Part shown: piece by piece, positions 47,727 through 62,500 of the stretch
Layout: every line of letters starts with the position of its first letter
How positions within the stretch are numbered: position 1 is the stretch's first letter
Source: Marsupella aquatica
Taxonomy: Eukaryota > Plantae > Marchantiophyta
Reading direction: 5' to 3'
Length of the DNA stretch: 64,000 bases
NCBI GenBank assembly: GCA_973895155.1
Contig: OZ316893.1
Location: 14,848,645 to 14,912,644, forward strand
Translations under genes and position numbers: made by a program
The notes under the pieces: model-generated
The model's input: only the letters and a program-made list of their open reading frames with translations
Told to the model about the DNA's origin: nothing
Database searches by the model: none

Positions 47727-48239
47727 CGACTCAGACGGAAGCCAATCCTACACCAACTCCCGTACACCAATTCCTTCTCGTCCTCCTTTCCTGCTTTCCT
47801 CCTTTGCTCCTTTCCTTCCAGCTCCTCTGCTTTCTCTTCTCCACCTCCTCAGTGACGATGAAATTGCGAAAAGACAATTCAATTCAAGTGAATCCAATCG
47901 AACCTGATCGGCACCGCCATTCCTCGTTTCAGAATCCTGGCCTTGTTTCGGTTTGTCTCGTGTCAGCAAAATGTCTCGGCCACGTTGCTTTTTCGTGGGG
48001 ACGTTGTCATTGAGTGACGCTGCCACAGCACAGCTACAGCAAGAGCTTGCACAAAAGAGCGATGGAGGCTGGAGCGAAGAGAATGATGATTCTGTCCAAT
48101 TTCGATGACCGATCGCAAACAGAGGAGAATTGTGTGGTAGGGGCGAATCGCGCGACACACAAGCTTTCGGCGGACCTACACTAATAAAGAACGAGGCACT
48201 TATTTTAGGCGGATCGTAGACTACAGGCAGCTCTCTTTA

Positions 48240-48510
48240 AGTGCACAATCCGTAAGTGCACAATCCGTATCATGTCAAGGCCTTTTGTTGTTCTCCCCTT
48301 TTAGATTTTTCTCTACATCTTTTTACTAACTTGTCCCCCAAATTACGTCAATTTATTAAGGTGTCCCTTAAAATTTATTTACTAACCTGACTCCCATTTT
48401 GTACATGGGTTAGTATTAACAACTCCCTCCCCCCCCCCTTCTTTCTTCTTCTTTACTCGTTTTCACTATTTTTTGGCCTCCTCTTTCTCTCATTGATTGG
48501 ATTGTGCACT
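48240..48510. mobile_element. Possible MITE (12-bp inverted ends AGTGCACAATCC/GGATTGTGCACT)
   Basis: Inverted 12-mers bracket ~270 bp of AT-rich sequence; the left end is duplicated in tandem. Confidence 0.4.
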
Positions 48511-49435
48511 ACTTTATTGCTTATCTAATATTTGCAGTTAAACTCCTATCGTTATATAACATTTCCTATGCATGGATAGTATAGAATGGATGGTAGACAG
48601 AGGAGCATGGTATAGCATGGATCGTAGGAGCACTTTCTATGCATCTATGGTAGAGGGCAAAATTTTGTCTCTTTTTTCTTGCTCGGAAAAGCATGCAAAA
48701 TTCACTTTTTGTTTATTTTCACTTAGCTCAGTTCCTTTTGTCTCACCCAAAAAGCCCTGCCAAATTTGAATGACTACCCCTGTGTAAAACTCACAACCTT
48801 GTATTAAAGGTTTTAATATAAACGGCAACATTTGCACTATGAATGTTTGGTTGAAGGGTAAGATGTTATGAAGAGTAACATTTGGTATAAGGGTGTGCAC
48901 CAACTAAAATAAGCAAGTTGAACAAGTCGATATCTCGTAAGTGGACGGAAGGAACTGTAGACGGAGGGCAAAGGGAGTTAGGATCTTCTACATTGGATAA
49001 ACTGGTTTAAAATATAGAGGCTGAGCATTTCAAGGAAAATAGACGCTCAACATTCAATTGTATTTGCCAAACTATAGGATAGATGATTGTTTCTCTGACT
49101 TTCTAAGATCCATTTCCAAACCCAATCCTTATTTAGCCTGATTGACAATATTGATTCATATGAATGCATAATCCCTTACAATTAGGGAGGCCGCTGCATG
49201 TGGTCAATGCCCAATTCTGATATTGATATTCAAGTGCAAGGTGCAAATGAGACGGTTAAATGTGGAGTATACTCTGGAGTACTGGTAGAGTACCAAAGTG
49301 GGGCCAGCCAGGTGTGAGGTTTGAATCACAGTTCTACACTCTTCAAAGTAATTAGTGTGACTAACACTAATTTGAGAGGGTCCATTACCAAAGTGGGGCC
49401 AGCTAGGTGTGAGGTTTGAATCTGCTACGGTACTA

Positions 49436-50265
49436 CATTGTTCAAAGTAATTAGTGTGACTAACACTAATTTGAGAGGGTCCATTTTCAAGGTCTACTTT
49501 CAAATTAGTGTTAGTCACACTAATTCCAACTAAACACTATTTCCACGCATGCCAAATAGTGTTATGTAACACTAATTTGCATCCACACAATATAGTGTTA
49601 TATAACACTAATTCACATGGCTTTTTTATTCGTATCATGCAGCTCCAGAATGACGGGACTTCAAGTCGGGCTTCAAGTGTTCTTGGTAACCAGGCCTCTC
49701 ATCACATGCTCTTTTGTTAGGCGGGTTGTTAGGATATTCAGTAGTCATTCTCCTTCAGGCTAACATTGATGCTGCTAGAAGTGGATCGCTGCTGCCGCCC
49801 GGTTGTTATTGTTGCTCTCTGCTAGTCGCTGCTAGAGAGGATTGCATAGGGAAATGTTGCGGAGCCCTCCATTGTTCTTGTGTAGCCCTAAGATCCTTAA
49901 TAGATCCTTAATAGATGCTTTAGCCCTCCGCAACTAGCTACAAAGCTCTCCACACCTCCAGATGGTTTACTGTTGGATGTTAAACAAAACCTCCAAAAAA
50001 GATTGCATGAGGAAATGTTGCAGCTCAGCCCTCGAATCCCTAATAGATGCTCTAGCCCTCCACTACTACAGAGTTCTCACCTCCACATGCTCTACGGTTG
50101 TATGTTAAACAAAACATTTAAACTAGACAATTTCTTTTATTTTAAAACCGACAACAAAATTAGTGTTACTTTTGCTTCCAGATCAAGTTAACATAAATTA
50201 GTGTGACTAACACTAATTTGGACATAACACTAATTCTTGCATAACGCTAATTTTGGTGAACATTG
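49436..50265. mobile_element. Tc1/mariner(pogo)-like non-autonomous element (~830 bp)
   Basis: TA|CATTGTTCA...TGAACATTG|TA, with multiple subterminal AATTAGTGT..TAACACTAATT motifs at both ends and an internal ~145-bp duplication. Confidence 0.6.
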
Positions 50266-52846
50266 TACATTTGCTATTTTCTTTTGACACAATCCCCCCC
50301 CAATAGCGGGGTGCATTCACTTCTTATGACACTTAATTAAAGAAAACTTTTCACGGTCACTATCTTTTACGGGCAGCAAACATAGAAGGCTCCAAGCAGT
50401 GAGTGTGTGAGGCTAATGGGCCTTGATATTCTCCTTTGCGCTAAATCAGTCCTTGCCCAAGCAACTAGTGAGCTTTGATGATCCCATCCAAGCATGTAAC
50501 TCCTGTATGGGAATATACTTTGAAAGTTTCAGATCCCATCCAACCTTAAAACTTGTTGTGCTCTAGCAATTTTCTTTCACTGTGTTTTGTTTATACTTCA
50601 GTCTAAAATACGAGGAAATAAGTGAGGACCCTGGGGCAGCCAATATCAATAGTTAACACCATTTTTCTGGGACATTTCACCTTGATTAAAATTTTCCAGG
50701 CTCCCTTGTCTGGAATCCATTTCCTCCCCATACCCAGAACTGCCCACATATGTTTTTTATCAGGGGTTTTTGGAAGGTGCATCTTTACATTGGGCGCCAC
50801 TTTAGTTATTTTTTTGTTTTGTTTTTTGCGCAGACCTAATAATTACCCCTTTGTTACCAGAATTCACCCAATTCAACTCTGGAAAATAATGCCCAAGTGT
50901 ACTAGAGTGGGCGGAACAAGCTTTCTTTAAGTGGCAAAATTTTACCAAATTCCACCTCACACATAAGTCTTTGCAAATCTTGACTAAAATTTGCCAAGCT
51001 TTTTGTCCCTTTTTTGTCCTACATGACCTGTTTCCCACGTAGCCAGAGACTGCATGAGCCAGAATCTAATGGTCAGCCCAAAGTATAGGGAGGCTCGATG
51101 AACAAATTATTTTGGGAAACTTAAAAAAAATACTTTTATCATCTTCTCCGTCACACAAGGTTGGCACCAGTGGTTTCTTCATGTGCAACCTTTTGCACAC
51201 TTACCACGAGGTGAAAACGGGTCTTAGAACAGTTTGAGGAAATATTCACCAAAATCAGCTGCCCACATCTGACCTTCCATAGATCTGAAGGTGACAGTAT
51301 GACTGCACAAACTTGTTGCTACTAGGAGACTTCTCAGCACATTGTAAATGTCACTTGCCCAAAATACAATAGAAACCCGTTATGCACCCTGGGCAAAAAC
51401 CAAAAAAACATTGGAAACTAAAACCTTAGAATTTAGAGGTCCATTTTCATGGACCCCCAAAATGAATAGTATAACGTGATGGGACCCCTGATTCATCCCA
51501 CCCTTGATTGACCTTGATAGATCTTAAATCAACGTCCCCAAAACCTCAGAGGGTTAGTTGGGAAGTTTGGTTTGGGGTCCATCAAGCAAGCCTGCACCAA
51601 TTACCATGGGTGGAAACATAGGAGTGCCTTGCCCATAGGTACCTTTGGAGACTGCAGCAGCTGCGTAGCTTCTGCTCAGGAGCGCCCGGTAGTATATCGG
51701 ACACTGAAAATGGATACGTCCAAGTACAGTACGTTACTCAATCCGATACGTACTGTAGATTTTGCAAATCATGAACCGAGTACTACGCTACGGGCAGTCA
51801 ATCTCAACGAAATAAAGAGGAGACATGGATCTATCTCGGCCATCCATTTCAAGACGGACGCACCCGATCTGCGTGTCAGAGGGGATTTATTGTGACCAGC
51901 CTTTCTTGAAATTTTTTATATTCCCGAACGTTTGACGGTGGGTTCGTCATCAATACATACGGTTTTTTATACGTTCCTACTGTACCGTGAAAGTACTTTA
52001 ATACATACGGTACCTTATGAGTAGCTGGAACCAATATTGATTTTCGGAAATGGTAACGAGAGTTCCTTTTTTGAACGAAATATCTTCGTGATCAAGGGGG
52101 ATCATTGCTGTCGTAGATTTTTGAGATCGACAACCCAGATTGGCTTTAACATAGTACACACTATCTCATCATTAAGATTTTCAAGAAGAAATGATGTCAC
52201 TATTATATTATCCCTGGAAACGAGATTGTACCTATGGGAGCATCCCCGGAAAATCAGACTATGGTAACTAACACAGATGTAATGTAAATGGAGTGATAAA
52301 GAAGAATCCAACTCGATGATCATTGGCAATAATTTCGAAACAAACTAACCCTTGTGTACCACACGCCCACCTGCATGTACTTCAATGACCTCAAAGGTTA
52401 CGGTCTATCTGAACATACTAGAAGTAAGTATAAAAATCTCAACGTCGAATTCTCAACAATCGAATTCTACCTTTACGAGTTTACTATGTTGACTTCGGAC
52501 TTAAATAAATAACACGTGTATTTTATTTACATTCAGTCTGTACCACAGTTTGAGAGAATGTGAGAGCTTGGCAGTTAATTAATGACAATGTGGTCCCGTT
52601 AGACGAAACATAGATACGCTGTACATACTATTTACATATGGTTTGATAAATACCACTGCATCCCTTCCCGTAACTATATATTTTAGTTATATTACAAATA
52701 TAAAATCATGTACGTTAAAGGGAAGGGGACCAAGAAGCCTCCTCGCTCTGTTTATTTACTTAATGGAAGTATGGCTTCAAATTTGTAGGGTTGGTTTCTC
52801 TCGGGATGTTTTAACAAAACGGGATTAAAGAATGTTTTTTTCGTTA

Positions 52847-52863
52847 GGGGGGGGGGGGGGGGG
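52847..52863. repeat. G17 homopolymer
   Basis: Direct reading. Confidence 0.9.
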
Positions 52864-55800
52864 CCGCGCTGATTTCTATTTATAAATTCACTATCTACCT
52901 CTTGGGGAGATCTGCAGGACCCCACACCATCACCATAAACCCCAAAATATATAGGCTTTTCACCACCACAACCACTTCCAAGACCTTGCTATTTAATTGC
53001 TGCAAATTAGTTAATCATTGCAGTAGTTAGTGTCCTTTACAATGTCACGATGTCTTCTCATTGTCGTATGAATTGAATTGGCTTGCGATATGCTGATCTT
53101 CATGTTGCCCTTACTTCCTGCCCTGGCCCTTAACTGTAGATTTTCCACAATGTCCTTCATAATAATGTCACTTCCAGAAGGCAACCAATTTGTAACTATG
53201 TTCAAAATTTCAGCAAATTTTAATCCTTAATATCTTTGACCACTCTCCTTTCCACTACGAAAAAAATGGACTTCCTTGATGATCAACAGAAAACTGCATC
53301 CCTCTTGGAAAACCCTTGGAAAACACATCCGCCGACTCTCTTTGCATCCATTGTGCACCTACCGTCTTAGTTATCACTATTCTCTTAAATTGGCCCATCT
53401 TACAACAACAAATTATACTTTCCAAGACAACAACGTAACACTTCTACCATGACAATGCTATGTGCAGTAAGGTAAGAAACTTACACTGAGCCATCCAACA
53501 ACATTTGTTGTTTTAATAGTAAGTAAAAAAAAAAGATGCTCTAATTTATGAAACCTGAGGCTGAATAGAAGGGAGATTGCTTGGTCCATGTGTTTTTTAG
53601 AAATTAACCTTCTCTTTAGATTCTCATTACCGCTTGCACCATTCTATGCCTAATACCAAAAAAATTCATTGGCCACAAAGACCATCAACTAAGCAACTAC
53701 ATGCAACCAACTATGCAAAATGACAACACTTCCCGAACCACCCATTCCTGAAGTTAGTACAATACTTTCGCAAAGATGACACTTCCACAACTGCAATATA
53801 TATGACAACAATGAGCACACTTCCGCAGTGATAATATGGCTGCAAAGATCACAACGACAATTGGGCCTGATCAACAACAACACTTTTGCAACTACAACTT
53901 GTCCGCCAGGATTACCCAGCAAGATGAGGGCAATGAGGATGAGGGCAATGAGGACACACCCACAGCCACGATTGACAACTGTGCACTTGTGCCCACATAA
54001 TTGTAGGAAGGGTGAGTGACAGTGTATGTGTGGACCATGGCATGATTGTGTGGCAGAGAACAAACAAGAAAGAAGCTGAGGCCTTGGCGGTTCAGAAACA
54101 AAACCAAAGTACTACCGTACGTAACTACTACAGATTGAAAGAAATTGGCCATTCAATGTATTGGTATTAATGTAGTCACAAACACTCAATCATGATAAGT
54201 TCCGCTCGGAATTCGTCTTTATCACTAAATCATTGTCTTGTCACTTCTTAAGTTGGCTGGCTGCTTTAAGTTGGCTGGCTGCTTACACAGAGAGCGAGAA
54301 AAGCTTCGATGGAATTATGGGTCCGTCCTGTATCTTAACGAATCCCAGCCAGGCTCGATCATGTACAGCTTAGTTACCAAAGTCCGGAGTACTTCCACTG
54401 TACATATGTTCCCCTCCGAGGAATCCGACACCTTCGCAACGTTGTGGTCAGGCTGCAGATCGAATGCCCTTTGGAGGAACCTCGATTGTGACTGCCGACT
54501 ATTCATCTAGTTGCCATGAAACTATCAAGGAGTCAAGCATATTGTTTGTCCAGGCATGCCAGCCAAGCTTTAGAATCTAGCAGGTAAAGCTCACTATAAG
54601 GTCCAGAGCGCTGCCAGGAGAATTGAAGCAGGTCGATCGAGCGGTCCGTCAATCCTCCTACGTACTACTTCAATGGAGTAGAGTCTGAGCAACATGCACA
54701 GATACAATGAAAGTCCATCGTCAACAGTTTGCAATTGGGTAAGACAATAGATTCATGAATCCTCTACATTGATCGATCAGGTTCATTGGCTTTGTGTCTC
54801 TCTCCTTCCTTAGACTTCCTGGAGAAGAGCGAGAGATTAATTGCCGGGCTTCCAGCCTCCAAGATTACTTTCAATCGAAAATTCATTCGCATCGATGACG
54901 GTTTCATAGGAGTCTCGATCTACGATCCTTGATTGATTTAAGCATAAAGGCCTGCCCAGGGATTGAAGCTGTTAGTCTGTCCATGCTCATCGGCCAGTGG
55001 AAGGACTGCCTGTGCATTCATGTATTCATGTGGTTCCCAACTTCTGACCACGTAAATGTTGGAGAGCAAGGAATACTTAGGTCCTGGATTACATCTACAG
55101 TACCACCTTTACGATCGATGGATCAGTTTAGTGGAGTCCTGCATCCAAGCATAGGAGGAATTGATTCTCGGTCACTGAATGTCGATGGTTTTCCAAAGCT
55201 ATGAGCGCAGTAACACTGTGTCCCTGCAGTCTAGAGCCTTCCCTCTCTCGACGATAATATTGAATTTACCGTTCCACTGGGCAAGGCATGTGTGTAAATA
55301 CAATCAGTTGCATTGAGTCACCAACCGGCGCGGTACGTAGCTACCTAGCTAGGCAGGCAACCCTACACTCAGATCGATATCTGACCAACTTGGCCTTCAT
55401 AGTTTGCTAAGAACACTTAACATCTTTGTCAAGGATGCTTGCAACCGAAGTTGCCTGCCTGCTGACGATAGCGAGAAAAGCTAGCCTGGCCACTTGTCCA
55501 GGATTCAGTTCAAAGTTTCGACGCGTATCAAGGTGAATCCGGACGTTGGGGGCAGGGGGTAAATGGACGGAAGGTCTCTAGCGGGTGCAATAGCGCGCGA
55601 GGGGAGTAGCTAGGTAGCTTCTGAGTGGCATATCAATCAAGACAACACGGCAGGTTTTGATGATCGATCATATGTATGAGGGCATCACGGTTGAAGGTAG
55701 ATTTGCTACAAGATTTGACTGTCAGCTACCTGTATCGATACACTTCGGAGAGCAATCTGTAGATTCACATAGCCAAATGTCGTATATATAGACAATTATA

Positions 55801-56521
55801 CAGAAACGTCGATAGGCTCTGACTGGCCTTCAATGCGGAGTCTCAATAAGACTGTCGTGAAGCAATCCCGCCTGTATCAAAGTGGCCCAAATCTATGTCA
55901 AACCACTACGCCAGAAACACAAGTGTCGTCAACCTGACTCAGTCCTTTAAGTCCCAAGATCTAGCTGGGAGGGTCTCTGTACATCGAGAAGTCACTACCG
56001 ATCTAAGTCCAAACTGAGTAATAAATCTGAATAAGTCAGACAGTTCGTCACGTTTAGGCTAGATAGCTTATGCCTACGTCGAGTGTGTACGTGTTCAACT
56101 TAGTATAATTCAGTACAAACTGTCAACTCTGTCCGCAGATTTCTCCTCACCCATGTTTGAGCTCCATATTTATGTACCGTAAGCTACCGGCATGCTAAGT
56201 TGCTGTTCCAAGTTTGCTATCATATGATTCAGCAATAATACAGAAACCAGGCAGCTTTAGTTTGCAGAGGTGCATAATTATGCGCGCATGTGAGTCGACT
56301 TACTGGTTCGCTTCGCCTGCCCCTATTATGTAGCAAGCTAGTGGGCAGAATGCCACGTACATCCACATTGACCTCAAGTACTGACTCGATTGAAACTATT
56401 TTTGTTTGTACGTGATCTGGTATATGAAACCGGAAAGCCCTTGTAGCTAGCCTGAACTGGCCTGTTCGCAGGTTGAAAGCTATCAAGCTAGCTAGGCACA
56501 AGTTCGCCCCGAATCAATTCT

Positions 56522-59500
56522 ATGGCTGAATTGGGTTGGTTGAGGAGTTCCCCAACTGTAAAAGCTCCTACGAATGGAAGTCTGTCAGCAGCAGGTGCTA
56601 CTTCTACCTTCAACGGGTCTAACGAGAATCTCTTCGATTTGCTGCAAGGCAGGCTGGGCAGCAGTACTAGCGGAGGCTCGATATTTGGACCATCATCCAG
56701 TGATCAGAATGGGTCCCCCTATTTTGGCCCATCTGATCACCAGGAGATAGACGAGGACAATGACTCCACATCGCTCTTGAAGACGGAAGACGAGAATCAT
56801 TTACAGCCAACAGTAGAGCAGATGACAATGGGTATGCAGCCCAACCTGTGGTCGGGCGTCGCGGATACCAGCACTTCTCCTCTTCTTGGAGCCATTGGAA
56901 ACCATCATCAAGGCCTCTACAACAATGCTCATATACCGAGTTTGCATCCTGCCACTGGGATGGTAATCGATAGCTGCCAATTCCCCTCTTTCTCTTCGAT
57001 CAAGCCCCATGATCCATCCCCACAGCTGCAAGCCCTTAGAGATTTCATGGCCTACGGGAGCAATAACAACATAAATGGCCTTGGAGCTGGGCATCAGCAT
57101 CATGCGCCTACAAACTTGGCGGCAGGGGTTGGAGTCCCTCCCATGTTTCTTCACTTGGGGGACGAGTCGTGCAGCCCGGGTGCCAGCTCTCTTCTACAGC
57201 TACCAGGCATGCCTGGCCAGATGCAGCGCACATATGTGGGGGAGAACTTATCTCCAATCAGAAGCTGCAAGCCGGACATGCTGGCCTACAGAGCACTTTG
57301 CCAATCAGAGCTGTTTGCCAGCGAGAGGAGCCCTCACAGAACGCAGTTTCAACGAGAGAACCACATCCTTGCAGAACGCCAGCGCAGGGAGGAAATGAAC
57401 GAGAAGTTCTCGGCCTTGCGAGCCATGATTCCAAAAGCGACTAAGGTGTGCTGTAGCTCAGCTTCTTTTTCGGTATTTAAGTTCATTGTTTTTCATTGTC
57501 GATCTGGTATGAGAAGCTTACTCGCTTAGATAGGTGATGTCGCTCCCGAAGAATCATCCAATCAGCACTTCAATGTTTCCGTTTCGTCGAATATATCAGC
57601 CCTTCAAAGTACCTGGGCTGGATCTTGTACAAGGCGAACGAGAGAAAAATATTAGTAAGAGTAAGTCACCCAAAACTAGCACGGCATACGGGAGCTGATA
57701 ATTAATGTGATTGAGGTGTACATTATCAAACGTAGAACGTCTACATTGCTATCCGAAGACAGTAATCCGGCACATCCCATCTTCAGGCTCTCTTTCTTCA
57801 TATGTGTGCTTGTTACGAGAACTAGAAACGCGGCATGCTGGCAAGCTTCACAATTATGGCCTTCGTGCCGTCCCAAAGACTCCATGGTATCGCTTGTCTG
57901 ATTTGATGTTTGCATAAGTCGAGCGACTCTTGAACTTGACCTGAGCTGTTTCAACGTCGAATATATCGTGGGGACTCGATCTTCTGCAACGTACATAGTG
58001 TCCTTACTTAGAAATGAGCGTTTTGACTGACATACATTTTCATTATCATCAAATCGTACCTCATTCTGATTCCTTATTGACATGGATTAAACGAACCGTC
58101 TTGGTTGGGATGTGTGGGAGCAGAAAGATAAGGCTTCAATTGTGGGGGACACAATTGGGTACGTACTGGAGCTTGAGAAGACTTTGAAACATCTCCAGGC
58201 ATGCAGGGCCAGCCGCAAAGGCTATTTTAAGGAGTTTAAGCTATTGAAAAGGAAACCCTCTTTGAAAATTGCAGCTGAAGCTGCTGCAGAAGACGAAGAC
58301 TGTGAACGATCCATGACAGGAACTTCAAGTACACCACCAGATCTGGATCAGGGCAATCCTGCAGCTGTGGCAGCCGCAGTAGAAGTGAATACTCCAGTAT
58401 GCGCCCTCTCCGAAGACCAACTTTCCCATCAGCATTCAGAACAAACGCAGTGCGTAGACGTTGACAATTTCGATGGTCCAATCATTACCTCAGCCACAGA
58501 GAAAGTAAATGGGTGCGCAGACCCATTCCAGGTATTCAACAAATATATTGACCAGCTTCTGTTCCTTTGAATTGTGCATCATGCATAAGATAGAGAGAAA
58601 AATTTCATGAGCCCTTGGCTACCTTACGTCACGTACTATAAGTGGGTGCAACATATGTCTACCTCTGATTCCCGGGTCTGACAGCCCCCCGCTTAACTGT
58701 ACATAAGTTTGAGGGCAAGTTATTTATTAACACATATGTAGCCGGATTCCTACTAACTACGTACCCAACACTAAATTTAGAGTCGATCGCTCCCGTGACA
58801 TCCAAGGTCAATGACATACAGTCAAAAGGTCAGCCTGTGCACACCAATGACACGACATTATGTCTGTTAGAGTGTCCTGCATCTTTTCGTATAATTTTAC
58901 CTTTTGTCAAGTAAATGCTCGAGAATTACGAGAATGAAATCTACACCTGAAATGGGAGGGACCTGGCCAAAGTACTGACACTTAGTCCCCGTTCATTATT
59001 TTCTGTTGGACGCTCTGTAAATGTCTCCAATGAATCATGTGCAGTACTTCATGAAAAACAATTTTAGAGCTTACGAACCTGTTGAAAGCTTGTACCCATC
59101 ACAACGGTAACTCTAAACAAAACGAAGTTGGTAGTATTTCATAAACTGAATGATTGGATATACAGCTACTCAATAATGAACTTCCAGGTATATATGTCTG
59201 ATGATGTGAGGGTGCACTACGTATAGTATGTATTGGAACGAGTCTCGGCACATAATTAATATGCTGACTTACATATGATCTAAAAATTAGTAAGTTCGAC
59301 GTACTGTCCCCGTATCATGCCAAGTTGCCACTGAAGCTACAGCAGTTTGAGTTCAAGTTAATTGGAGCTTGCATTCAGAACATTATATATCTCGTCATGG
59401 ATCTAGATATCTCTGTTTGCATGTCTGATACAGACCCTTCTGTTAAGGATACAACCCAGAGAACAATGATGCATCTATGGCGCGCTGTCCATTTTACGCT

Positions 59501-62500
59501 TGACTGAGCTTGATATATAGAGATCGACCATGACTTGAGCGCTAGCTAACTCGGGACTGAAAAGCTAGTGAAGGTTCCTTTGTGTGTGCAATGTGCAGCT
59601 CAAGGGCAAAGACGATGAGATTCTTGAGATTCGTCCAAGTGAGGCCGTTTCCAGTTCGGAGGTGGACATTCAGAACCTGGGAGAGCAAGCTGTGATTAAG
59701 ATAGTTTGTGCTCGGAGCTCGGGGCTTGTACTACGCATCCTTCTGGCTCTGGATGAGTGCAAAGTTGACATTCTACAGTCAAACGTAACTACTGTGGCTG
59801 AGAAATCTGTCCACTTTATCACCGTACAGGTATGTCCATCCATTTACTAGTAGATTATCTTTAGCTCGATCCTTCTATACTAGAATACAGTCTCGGGAGT
59901 CGGATGTTCTACCTGCTTGGTTGACTCGATCACGGGATCGGGAAGTTGGTGTTGTTGGACTCCTGCTCCAACATAACTCTACCAGCTCCACGATCGATAA
60001 TCCCAACAGTCAAGCTGAGCCCAACTCTATGAGTATGCATTGAAACATTTGAAACGCCAGATTGGAGGTGCACGGTCATATGACTCTGACCCACTGTAAG
60101 CTCAGGTTTATGTATGGTTGTCCAGTCGTGGACGTCTCTAAATTGGGTGGCCGTCATTTGTGCTTGTCTTGTCGATAGGTAGCCTACCTGTAGTACGTAC
60201 CTGTAGTGACTACTAAACTTTTGATAAAACTGATGATCTCCGGCTTCGTTGCATCCTCATTGAAGCCCTTTTAAAGGAGCAAAAATTGTGGGCAATAGAA
60301 TGCGAGTAAGTTACTGCTTGTACTTACGGATGGATGGGCCCGATTCCTCTCCAATCTGATGCAAGAGCTGGAACCCAGACTACAGGCAATGCAGCCTAAT
60401 TGCTGATATTGGCCGTGCGGGCAAGCCAAGTACGTTCGTTGAAAACTGTGGTTTAGAGAGAGATGATTATGGAAACCAAGTTGAATTTTAATACTGTCAA
60501 GATTGCAGCAACTTCCTTCTGCCACAAATAGTTACTAGAAGCTAGGACGACAACGATCGTCTCTCTAGAACGTGTAGCAATCGACCTTATTACCTAGACT
60601 TTCTAAGTAAGACTGTCTGAAGACTAAACACCATGCTATTGCGATATGCAATATGTTGTCTTAGATGCCTGCAATATTGAACTTAAGCTTCTCTGACAAA
60701 TTGTCCGGACCCAATACCTTGCATCCTTTGCAGGCCAATTACCACCACGGGACCAGATTTCTAGTTATACCTGCCTGTAATAGAGCTTGCTATGCATGTA
60801 TATCTATGCAAACCCGCGCGCCAGTTCCGGATGAGTGGACTGCCTAGCTGAATATCATCATAAACACTGCTGACACAAAGCGGTCTTGCAACGATGTGCA
60901 ACACCTAATGTACCAGAGCCTATCTACAACACACCGCCAAGAACTCACTGAGTGAGGAGAAGCTAGCTTTTGCGTATTAAGCATGATCAACAACCACAAA
61001 CCCGCTAGGTCATTAAGATCAAGTCTTAGGCGGATGCTTGTGTAGTTCTACGCTTCATTGACGGCACTTTTTAGGCCTCATGTTTTATCCTAGTGCTGTT
61101 AGTAGCTTTTGTGAATCGATATATAAGGTAGTACTAAGACAACTCTTTCGAGGATACGCTACATCAATCTTTCTTCAATTTACAGACTGGATCAGATTGA
61201 GGGGTAAATGGAAATAATGCCATGTGTGAACTTTCATAGCTATTGACCATAGAAATTATTATCTCCCAATTCGTTGCACGAATCGTTTTAGCAAGCCAAT
61301 TGTCATGGACATTAATCACTCTCTTGTCGAATAATGTTAGTCACTGCAAGGCTAGGTGAAAGTGGACTACGGTTTGTTACTTATTATATCGTGCAAAATG
61401 TATCTATATCCACTTGATCCCTTTCATTAGGACATTATCGTTTGCCGCCATTTCCTCTGTCACCTGGCCCATTTCACTTGTCCGGATGTTTCCCTGTCAC
61501 CTCACCATCTCCCCTTTTCACCCTTCGTTGCTCCCTGCACACAAGATTGACGGACATACAGACAACACTATTGTCGTCTCAGTTCCCTCCACAATCATGT
61601 CAAATGTGGGCTGAATTCTCCGTGTTATTTCATGAGAAATCCATCCTTCGCGGCAGAAAATTATGCATTGGGAATGTATTTACGTACTCAGTTGGAGGCT
61701 AGAATAAGTGTTGTTAGCAACCATACATCGCATCTCAAATTGGGTGATCGTTGAAATGTTGTGATTTAGATGATTTGAGCAATCTTCGACGTCGACGACA
61801 GGTACATCCTGCGGTCCGTACTTGGATATATGTGCGAATTTCCATTGTCTGTTGCAACTGACTTGGACAAGGAGGACAAGTATATCACGACGTACAATAT
61901 ACATACTAAGCAATTATGGTACACCAGCCTCCATCGCGCATGAACTGCGCGGTGCAAGTCAGTTGGGTTGGGATTAGAACTTGGGATCCTTGGGGATCAG
62001 GGACCGAGGCATGCTTCAAAGTGCCCCTCAATTTCTTTTAGCCAATACTGATCCCATGATTTGAGTTCGACGGTAAATCCATCGCTCGATCGAGTGGCGG
62101 CGAATTACTCGCCCACATTGGTGTGGCCCGGATTCGGTGACAATGTCCAGCATTAATATGTTGGATTTGTACTTACTTAGTTCTGTGATACGTGGGCTTC
62201 TCGATCGCCAGTCAACTTCTCTGATGGACTCAAGAATGCCACGTCGACGTGTATAAAACTTAGAGGAACCTCGAAGTCTTTCAAATGCAGAAACCTCGCT
62301 CAGCCTGGTGACCTTTTGAAATCAACTTGTACACTTTGTATCAGTGCCTATACGCTAGCGAATCTAGAATCTTCTTTCTTTCAGTAACAACTTCTGAAAG
62401 AAGAGCAAACTTGCAAACTTACTTAATACTGGGTAGATCTACAGGATAACTAAGGGAGTAAGCTGAAGGAAATTACATATCCAAGGCATAAGGGGAGTGA

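Noticed and set aside
50340-54150. Decayed coding remnants (possible transposon ORFs)
   Set aside because: Multiple stops and no RT, integrase or transposase motif that I can identify.
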